Shown piece by piece: positions 53,519 to 64,000 of a DNA stretch of 64,000 nucleotides. The notes beneath the pieces are model-generated. The model did not search any database, was not told the DNA's origin, and saw only the letters and a list, made by a program, of their open reading frames with translations. Source of the stretch: Trichoplax adhaerens (lineage: Eukaryota > Animalia > Placozoa); NCBI RefSeq assembly GCF_000150275.1, contig NW_002060955.1, positions 3,282 to 67,281 of the forward strand, read 5' to 3'. How positions within the stretch are numbered: the stretch's first letter is position 1; the number at the start of each line of letters is the position of its first letter. Position numbers and translations under genes: made by a program.

Positions 53519-56500
53519 ATGGTCAAAATAGAAATATTCAAAATATCTCTCGTTGATGATCAAGAGGTGTTTTATCCTGGACAACCGATTGAAGGTGTTG
53601 TTCACCTCCAATTAAATCAACCTCTACAGCTCAAGTTTCTTCGCCTCAAATTATGCGGCCGTTCACAAAGTAAATTAAAACTCAATCACACTGGTCACGG
53701 CACCACCACTCATCGAGATGAAGAACTATTTCATAGCGATGTCATGATACTCATCGGTAAAGGTAGGTTGTGTAACATCCTTTTGCTTTTGACCATCAAA
53801 GTCAAATATCGACTAGACGATTCTACCCTACATTAAGCTAAAATTAAAATCAATTGCCAACAGCGTTGCTTGCACGAATAGACAGAGTTCATGAACAAGG
53901 AAGCTAGAAATCATTCTACTCTACTGTATTCAAGATGCGTTCACTGTTCCATTTTGACTTTGTATCATCCGCGATGCAGTATTGGATGACAATGTGAAAT
54001 TGCAATCGACTTGATCCTAATGCAATCGTACGAATGTACAGTACATGGAATCAATAATAGACAAAATCTTCATGTGTACGAGAGAGTTGACCCTTTTTAG
54101 ACAAATTGGGAAGTACTTCAATCTCTTCAACCTATTCTCTTAGTAAGACGTCAATAGAACAGCATGAACTACCGCTTATATTGCCAGCAGTAAGATCAGT
54201 TAAATTCTTCCATGTAGGGATAAGGCATGAATTCCGTTTATCAAAAGTAAGATATCATCCATTGCAAGGGTAAGCCCACTTCGATACTGTAAATAGTTAA
54301 GTCAACAATACTTGACAAAAGTATTCGTTTTCCTTAACCCTTCAAGAATCTACCTTGAAATCGTTTATCATTTCTTATGAACAATTCCCGACAGCATGGA
54401 GGGGCAAACAAATAGTTCAATAGCCGATTTAATGCATACCATGGAGAAATAATGCTAAACGACTAAACTCGGTTTGTTGGTCGCTGTCTACCATTGTAAA
54501 TTATAACGAGTTTTGGAGACCAAGCCTGGTCAGTAATTAATTATGATTGTTATTGGTTATGTTCCGATGTTGGACGTATGCTTTTTAAATTATAATAACA
54601 TGAAACAGTAGCATATCTTGACGTCAGTATTTTTCTATATTAATTTACTGCAAAGTTGGTGTTCATCATTTAGTGACTTGTATAGCACTTGTCCTAACTG
54701 GAGTATAGGATAAGTCGGTCAACATGGAAACAATCGTGCTATCGACGAGTTAGAAACATTCCAGTGATTTCAACACACGATCAATTCGATTGAAAAATCC
54801 TATTTTCAGGTCTGAAAAATTTCTAAGCCCCTATGCTATGATTGGATACGAATAGATCAATACTACAATATTACTCTAAGCAAGTTGTTGTGTCAATTGT
54901 TCTAGTCTGGCAGTGAGAGCAAAGCAAAACGATCACCACTGTAAAATTGCGATCAGTAGACAGGTTCTCTTAACTCATTTCTGATAGAATCAATTTCATT
55001 AAAATCAAATTATAGCACCATATTTCATTGCCAAAACTGGCGATGGTAGCTGCTATGGAGGAAAAATAAAGTTCAAAGGTAGTCCATGACAGGTTTAACC
55101 AGTTTCCAACGAATTGATTGTCATCGCGATTGCGAATTGTTTTCTTTGTCAGGTTGCACAAAAGCGCAAATGCCTAAACGCTACGCCATTGTTTTGTACA
55201 TCGCAGTATCCAGTCAGTAGAATCAATCCATAAGCAATTCTGCTTGGAGACACTATAACCGGTAAATTTCCTGTCGATATCGTCAAAACGATCATATGAT
55301 TGTGATGCATCCTGGCGCCAATAGAATGCCATTTAAAATAGTATTAACAGTCCCATCGTGATGGTGGCCTTGAATTCATGAGTGGTTCAATGCCATCATT
55401 AGCTACAGTCAATGGAGTGTTGTTGCGCTTGGTTAAATTAGATTGCAGTAGCAGTAGAGAAATGATGCAGTTGGTGATGACGTAGTTTTGGCCATGACGG
55501 TGCATCAATCATTTTAATGTTGATCTATTTTTCAATCTTGTTTGTTTGAGTTGACATAATCGATTGCATTTTCTGCATCGTTGATTCCCTTTTTCACTCT
55601 TGCTAGAGGACTCTCGATCAGAGATTGGTAAAGCCGTCTCTGGCACTCAACATCATACTCTAGTATTCCCTTTTCACTCTTGCTATAGGACTCTCGATCA
55701 CAGATTGGTAAAGCCATCTCTTGCACGCAAAATCATACTCTAGTATTCGTTTAATTTACTCTTGCTAGATGACTCTCGATCACAGATTGGTAAAGCCATC
55801 TCTTGCACGCAAAATCATACTCGAGTATTCCCTTTTCACTCTTGCTATAGGACTCTCGATCACAGATTGGTAAAGCCATCTCTTGCACTCAAAATCACAC
55901 TCTAGTATTCCCTTTTCACTCTTGCTATATGACTTTCGATCACAGATTGGTAAAGCCATCTCTGGCACTCAAAATCATACTCTAGTATTCGTTTAATTTA
56001 CAAGAGAAGACAGACAACGTTTGTGTTGCACTCTAAGTTAGCCCTTTATTAAACTTTGACGAATAATGACGCAATAACTTCATTGTGTAGATAACAAACG
56101 TGGATTGCTATCTTGATATTGGAACTTGAATGGGTTTTATGATTCAACAACGGTAGAATATCATCGGGCAGCGAGACTGATTAAATTGGACTATGGGTTA
56201 TGGAGTACACTTTCATTTCGTTCCTTCAACTGCCAGGTGTGATTTGACGATCAAAATGAACCCTAACATTAATCAACTGACAAGTAACAGGAATGAATGA
56301 TTTCATCCAGTCGCATTTTTGGCATTAGCTGCTATATCAAGCGGCAGAGCTAGTACATAGAGATACAGTTGATATCGATCTAGAGGTAGTTGCTTTGCAT
56401 TGTCATAATCAATGCAATACTGGCTGTAAATCAAGTTTTATGACGATATTGAGTAATATAGACCAGTAGAAGCCAATTCAAAACAATAAAATACCAAGAA

Positions 56501-58196
56501 CGAAATGTTATTAAGCTGGATTAGATTGCTTCAACTTGAACGCATAAATGAATAATAAACTCTTCTTGCATGTGTATATCCAATCTACCGTTATTGATAT
56601 TTGTAAATTTCTTTCTCAGAAAATTTCGACAGAAATGAAATTGCTCCCAAAATAGATGAAGGATCGCATGATTTCCCCTTTCGATTTGTCTTACCAGATG
56701 GAAATATACCAGCTTCATATGAGGACAGGAACGGTAACAATATCGGATACTTTGTGGAAGCACGAATACGAAGACCATGGAAAGTAGATGAAGTTGCGCA
56801 GAAAATTTTCAATGTAAAAGAAATTATTGACTGCAACTTACCGGAATACAATGTAAGTTGCTATGTTTTTGCTCGATTTCGATAACGGAACACATACACT
56901 TATTACCACTGATTAAATATTGCAACTTACCGGGTCAATGACCATATGTGCACAACTTAAAATGTTGAAAGAATAGAGTAGAATTCATCAACTGTATCAC
57001 TCTTACTAAAACCCTATTAATATTACGATCATCGTTTGCTTGACGACTTCTTTCCAGCCTACAACCGTGAATTATCTTTTTCTCGCTGTACAGTACAGTA
57101 GTGTTAAAACGCAATTGCGTTGTCAAGGATAATTTTAAGAACAAAATATCGTATTCGGCAAATGACAGCGATTAATTTCCTGTACTTCACAACTATAGGT
57201 ACAACCGCCTCCTGTTAAAAAGGAATGGAAATTATATAGCCTACTAAATAAGAATAAACCCATTATTCTCACTGCTAGTACGGATCGGTTAGCCTACTTC
57301 CCTGGAGAAAGGATCGAAATCCTTGATACAAAAGTTGTTAACGGAAGCTCTCGAACTTTAAACAACGTGAAATTAGAATTTATACAAAAAATTACCTATA
57401 AAGCTCGAGGTAATAAGTCGTAAATATTTTGCGGATGCATAAACTATCCTTCAATTTTATCACAACTTTATGTTCTGGATCAATTGCTTTACCAATTCTG
57501 CTTATTTAAACAATTCTATTTTGCATTTGCAAATTCTATACCATCAGAGCATAAACTCAGTAGAAGGAAATGTTTTCGTTGTAAAAGTTCTAACCAACCA
57601 ATCAAGCCTGATGAGGTTTTCGACTGGCCGAATTTGTCAGTAGTAGTACCTGCTGCGTCACCAACTTTGGATTGCAATACCTTGATTACGGTTAAATATT
57701 TCATAAAGGTAATAATTTGTTATATTACTAAACTATAAAATGTAATATATCGTAATTAATGTTTCATCGAAATAATAATTACACATATCCTTGCTGGTCA
57801 TAGATCACCGTTATGGTTCCTTATTCCTTCAACCAATATATTAAACTGCCTGTAATTATTGGAACAGTACCCTTGCGATACGATGGGCAATTACCACCAA
57901 CATATGAAGAGGCCCAAAACGGTAATTGTTGATGACAGATTTATAATTTATTCATTTTTATTGTAGTTGTACTAGCTAATAAATGAAGGCTAAGAGATTT
58001 ATTAATCGTGCTCAATTATAACCGCATATTATGTTCATCAGCCGAGAATACTCCTGATGCCTCATTACCGAATTATTTTGACTGTGTTGAAAGAAGTATT
58101 GGGTACCTCGACTTTGATGTCAGTAATTTATACCGAAATAAAGATAAGGATGAAATGCTACCTCGTTATCCATCCGTATTCCCAACAGAGGTATAA
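53519..58196 (+). CDS. Alpha-arrestin F, ~373 aa, with PPTY and LPNY motifs and C-terminal -TEV
   Basis: Exons 53519-53762, 56620-56852, 57199-57409, 57548-57708, 57804-57921 and 58042-58196 (sum 1122 nt, open). Motifs: VFYPGQPIEG, EGSHDFPFRFVLP..IPASYE..NIGYFVEARIRRPWKVD, AYFPGE, LPVIIGTVP, LPPTYEEA. Confidence 0.9.
55585..56000. repeat. Tandem array, 80-82-bp unit, ~5 copies, in intron 1 of arrestin F
   Basis: CT(C/T)TCGATCA(C/G)AGATTGGTAAAGCC occurs at 55611, 55691, 55773, 55853 and 55933. Confidence 0.95.
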
Positions 58197-61100
58197 TTGA
58201 TTACTATCAAGCTGTTGCTGAGAAAGACTTTCGTCATTGTTTACGTTTAACTCGATAATCTGAATAACTCTTCACCTATCTATCCGATATTGTGCAATTT
58301 GAGCAAATGCTTATGTTTGCTCGTTTAACCCGATGTTCTTCTGTTATTGTCGTTAAATTGTAATGATCTATATCATAATTTTAATATAATGTTGTCTTTA
58401 TCGTGAAGTGTGTACAAAGTAATGGAAATGCATTCAAATACATATGTTATGTTGTATACTGGATTCGTACAAATATAGCTTAATTTGTGTTTTGATCAAA
58501 TTTAAAGCAATGTATGTATTAGCATTTTAACAGCAACTGGATACACGATTACGGCTACTATATTCAATTATTTTGACATTTATCTTGATAATGGTAATTT
58601 ACGAATTTAATTCACGGTTATTTTGTTAATGCACTTAAAGCCAATGTGGCAAACGATTCTTTCTGATTGAAAAAGCGAGTGACGTCGATCAGCAAAGATT
58701 GCATAGATAAGTCATATAAATCGCGCAAGTGATATTTGTATAGCCGCTTAATACTAATGTAATTTTCTTTGTAGCAATTGTATACACTTCGATCGATTCG
58801 GTTTATTGAACTGTTAATATTTATATCTCGATTATTTCATATGAAATTGGCTTTGTCATGTATGGATATCGCAGTACATTTCATGGTTTCATTTCCAGTA
58901 CTTTGAAATAAAATAATGCAACATTTTACTAATTTTATGGAATTAAGTAATGTGATCGACTGATTGGTTTTTGCTAATGTAATAGGCAGCTAAGTGAAAT
59001 GTTTCCTTCATTTCAATGCTCACAAACGTAAACTTGTTTCATTACCCAAGTATCAGTGGTCAGTTTGACTCTCATTTTCAATAATCATAGTGATCCACAG
59101 CTAGAAAAATTTATATTTTGACAAAAATTTTTATAGAAGTTGTAACTCTATATGCACTGTAAGGCAAGGATACCTGAAATAATTGCTGGACTATATAACT
59201 CGAAAATAATTTTGTGGCTTCATACAGCTTATTAATTTATCCATGATGATGGTAGTAACGCGCTTTAAAAGTATTATGTTAAAGTACAAGTATGTAAGGA
59301 CAAGATCAGGGAACTGCTAATCAAATTTACTATCGTTTCGTCTCGAGGAAGGCGCATTCTTAGATTTATCCTTGACAAATCTAAAATGAAAATAAAACAA
59401 TATATACACAGTTTTAACTTCAGCCAAGTGCCTATATATGCGTACGAGCAAGGAGCCGCAATTGAAGTGACTCTAACTGAACGGTCAGATAGCAAACCGC
59501 AGGGATTTGCATCATGGCTAAAACTCATTTATTACATTGGTTATAAGCTTTACAATTATTACTATATCTGATATGCTTCGTATGTTTCTTTCTTTGGTGG
59601 TACTATATGTCATAGTTTAAAATGTATATAATCATGATATTAAGATTTGAACAACGGAAGTCTAATTCTATCTTTTATGTTGCTCACTAGACTATACAAT
59701 ATCATTAGATATTCACAGCAAATTTCGAATAGAAATGATAAACATTGAACTAAAGGTATGTATGTATGCAACTTCTAATTTTTGTTTTTCCGAAATATAT
59801 CCACTAAAAACCTGCTCATTCATTGATTTCTGCATCCTCTAATAGAATAGTTCTTAAAGTATTATGTTTGAGTAATAAACTGAACAATGATTCATTGGTT
59901 ACCTCGTCCCATCTTGGATAAATACTGTTAGATCGGAAAGTGGTTATTTTCCGACAGCTTTCAAATCTGTCAATCTTATCAATTCTTGTATTTACAATCT
60001 GATGATTTTAGTGAATTGATTAAGTCGATAATGACTATCCATCTTTTTTTTGCAAAACACTCTTAGTTTAGCGCTTCCTTTATTCTACGACTTAATTAAG
60101 GCAATGGTGACATGATTGATGTATATTTGGTACTGTGTAATACTTCATTATTATAAACTGTCTATAATAATCCTAAAACTTAATCTACCAATCACATTAT
60201 TTCAATAAGAATCATAAAATGGACTTCATCTAGATTAAACAATTAGATACCTGTATAAATTAATGTTTATTATTGTTATTAATATGAAGACACAGAAAAA
60301 CATTCCGTGACTTGCATTAAATAGTAAGCCATTAACAATGCAGTGTAATTATAGAATAATCCTTCCTTATATTTTTCCGTCTTATTTAATATGTCGCATA
60401 AAGTTAAACTTGTGTGATTATCAATAATTCATGATGTTTTATTTCAATATATTTAAGTATTTAAGAAGAATGGAGAATAATGTCTTGGTATATTTTGCAT
60501 CTGCATAATATATTGTACAAGACATTGCAAGTATTTTTTTACAATCACTACTTAATAAAATTGAACTCAAAAATATCTTGTTGTCTACCGAATATAGGGT
60601 ATAGAAAACACGCAATTGCTGTAATTAAATTATTCTAAAAGCCCATAATAATTCCTTATCATAAAAATGTTAATTATTAGCTTATTACTCAGCCTATCAT
60701 TGCTATGCTTTAACTATTTTTACACCTTATTAACTTATCATCAGATTCATGAATAAATTTACTTTATATCGATGCTCCTCGAATTTACAAGCGTCTATCT
60801 GAGAATCTCAACTCTTTAGTTATTTTTTCTACTAGCTTTTCATTTAAGTAATTACTTACTTATATTTCTATCTATTCCTATGTACTTGTTTGGTCGATAA
60901 GACCATACTTTTTACAAAGTTATGTAAGTAAAATTAATCCATATTTACCAGCCTATACGAGAAATTGCTTTGTATTTTAATGTAGCAACATCTCCATACC
61001 ATAGTTCAGTCCCCATATCTTAGCCGTAGACTTCTGAAGAAGGAGGGATGTCAATAGGTATAAACAAGCCATTGACAGAATACTGCATGAAGCAGATCAA

Positions 61101-64000
61101 CCTATAAATCTACATTTTACTACGATTACCAGCCTCGATTTGCAACAATACTATTAATTCAATACGTCATAATTTTACCTACATGGTATTTATGCTAATA
61201 AATTACAGTGATAATAGAGTATGTACGGTGTACAAGTACCGTTGTTATTGCGGTTTTGGCAAAATGAATATTATTTCGTACTACTGACATTCTCAATTGA
61301 TCTGAAAGCGTATAGTGCAGCGGTCAAATAATCACGCTTTTATTCTAGATATACAATTGATTGAACTACAAATTTCAATATAATAATTATTCATTCATAG
61401 AGTACTATATAAATTATATTGAATTGCTTTTAACTTCTGTGTACTTCATTCCGTAAATCAGGTATGATTTCTTGAGTAATTTACGAACAATTTCCAATGA
61501 AGAAGTAATTTAACTGATTTAATATTAAACATTTCCTGTAAATACCATTTATAGGCATAATTGATGAGAATTTTAAGCTATACAATAATTTTAGGTAGCA
61601 ATGCTACTTTGTTTATTGTTCAAATGCTTTTTGCATAGATAATTCAAAAATGAAAACAAAATTTCGCCATAGAGTCATAGAATTTGATGAATTATTAAAA
61701 TCACCTAGGAGATAACACAGCTATTCTTTGATAATATTTTCATTAATTGCTATCGCCCTTTCGGTTATCATCAGCGCAGCTACAGTCAGTTATCCTCGAT
61801 TAATTTTTACTTCATACACACTTCAGTTTAGCTTAGGCAATCATCAAATATTTGTAAAATTTTGTAATTCCATCTTCATTGCATTGCCAACTGAGATATT
61901 GATCTAGGTCTAATAATTTAAATTGAAATAAATCTCCTAAAGAGCATACAGTAAACTGCATGATTAGCCTCCATAATTGCCAATGCTTGGCTGATAACCT
62001 TTCTAAAAATAGGTTTTACGTAAGTTAATGAAAGTTATACACAACAGCCACAATTGAAAACCATTAACAGAATTCTTAAACAAAGAAATCTAGATTGAAA
62101 AAATTTGTAATGTAAAATTGTTAAAGATGTATAATGATACCAAATTGGATCCTACTCACGTATAGAGTTGCATCAAATAAATAACATTGTCTACATTAGA
62201 TGAAAACTATTCAAATGGTTGAATAGAGCAACTATAGCTATTATGAAAGTAGTCCCTGCATGGTCAACGATGACGTTTGAAGAAGAATTATATTGAACTA
62301 CAAGAATAAGCAACTCTATCACGATAGCTATAAGCATAAAACAAATACATGTTATTAAATGAAGAAAACAGAATAAAAATATTATTATATTGTAATCAAG
62401 TGGCTTTGTTAATTAAATGAAATATTAAAGCTATTACGTATGGAGTTAGATTACATAATCTTATATAATTGCATAAATTAAAAGGAGTATTATCTAAGAT
62501 AACTAATCCTATTTAAATCGAATAATCACTAAAAAATTAAATGCAATGATAAGATTTAAAGAATAGATTATACTATCGGTAATGGCTATAAAAACTCAAG
62601 AATATCGTGTAAGTTGTCTGTTTACGATAAATAAGCCAATCTTTGATAACTGCTCTCACGATAACAATCAGTAACTCCAAGAAGATTTCGTCAGTAAAAT
62701 TGCAATAAATGCTGCTATAGATTGAACATTTTCTCATATTTTGAAATACTCAATTCTCAATATCATTTGTCGCGAATTCTAACCCCGCTTTGGATGATAT
62801 TGATACTATTTTTAAATCTTTAATACATTAGTTTTTAATTTCTTTTGGCTCTATTTTGATACGAGCACGATATTTATCTATCAATTATGGATAATAACTA
62901 TCACAATAATCAATTTTTTAATGCTATTGATTTTATGTCGAGTGTTAGGGAGTTAATAGTACCGTAATTTTCTTTCAGTAATAAAAGTTAAATTTCGTTT
63001 ATGCGCGCGTACGCAACAATGTAACCATAGTATTAATATTCATGATCACAAATGATTAAAAAATTCCTTTAAGCTAAAGCAATGATGATTTCTATGAAAT
63101 GGTTAACAAAAGCGTTAAATTATTACCGACATTCATATTAATTAAAAGTGATAGCATCATTCTACGATAACGGAAGAGAAACTTATTCTATACCTGAAGC
63201 TAACTTGTTAGTTTTGCAAAGAAAGGAAGGAAAATATGTGAGGGTAGACCATAATATTCTTCTGGCCTTTTAATTAACTAAATTAAATATTATCTTATTA
63301 GACATCATCATGTAATCTACCGCTTCTACTCGCTAATGTAAGCAAATACAAATAGAAAGTAAAGTAAGAATCTATTGTTGAACAGCATTATGCTATTGGC
63401 CAACATCGTGAATTCTTTAGCTACTGGTAGTAGTGATACTTAACAGAGGAGTGCAGCTTTCGAAAAATTTCTAAAATTAATTAAAATCGAATGTCAATGG
63501 TTCCTAATGAATACAATCTATTATTGATTTCTTCGCTAAGCATAGAAAAGACATACTAACATGCTATAAAGTGAGTACTTTGTATACCATCTGTTGTTCT
63601 TAATAAATAGATAACTTAACGTTTTACAGTCATCCATTAAGCACCGGAATCTTGTTACAAATTACCACATCTGGCAATGGCGCCAACAATACGGTAGTTA
63701 TTGTTGCTTGATATCAACGCTACCGCAAATATCGCTTAAGTCTAGGAAACTAATTCCTGATAATATCGCTCATATTGATTAATTAAATATATTAATTAAA
63801 TAACTTACAGGCAATTTTGAAGCTATGGCTACCATAAAATCTATCAGGCACTGCGTTGATAGTTAAAGTATACTATGTATGCTAATGTTCAGTAAATCAC
63901 TGTACTCTGTAGATGTAGCACATCATTATAGATGATACTCTGCAGATAGCAGCTCGCTAGAAATGATATGTAGTAGGATATTAGATTCGCTAAATAGTTA

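Noticed and set aside
55532-55968. Two similar ~63-aa minus-strand ORFs
   Set aside because: Translations of the 80-bp tandem repeat, whose period is not a multiple of 3.
59800-63000. Scattered minus-strand exon-like fragments (e.g. ~61100-61000 LICFMQYSVNGLFIPIDIPPSSEVYG*)
   Set aside because: Interrupted by stops, no recognisable family and no consistent model; a small-exon gene or pseudogene cannot be excluded without BLASTx or RNA-seq.

Overview
AT-rich, intron-containing animal genomic DNA. The short GT-AG introns, low GC and ectodomain-less LGR/RXFP-type GPCRs are most consistent with a placozoan (Trichoplax-like) genome; this assignment is an inference. The left 10.4 kb holds three minus-strand, single-exon class-A GPCR paralogues: one intact (3069-4094), one full-length pseudogene with a nonsense codon and a 1-bp deletion (9273-10339), and a 5' relic missed by the ORF track (~1250-1542). 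From 13.7 to 58.2 kb lies an array of six alpha-arrestin (arrestin-N + arrestin-C, ARRDC/TXNIP-type) genes, labelled A-F here. I spliced them by hand: all share intron positions and phases and near-identical exon sizes (~244/~235/~211/161 nt), but they differ sharply in PPxY tails and in a CCxCC loop. Inside the array sits a short APAF1-type CARD gene (27137/27320-27826) bracketed by two unrelated tandem-repeat arrays. More minisatellites and TACAGTA/TACTGTA-dense tracts lie upstream of or within genes E and F. I found no rRNA, tRNA, CRISPR array or recognisable transposase. All gene models are manual and lack transcript or database support.
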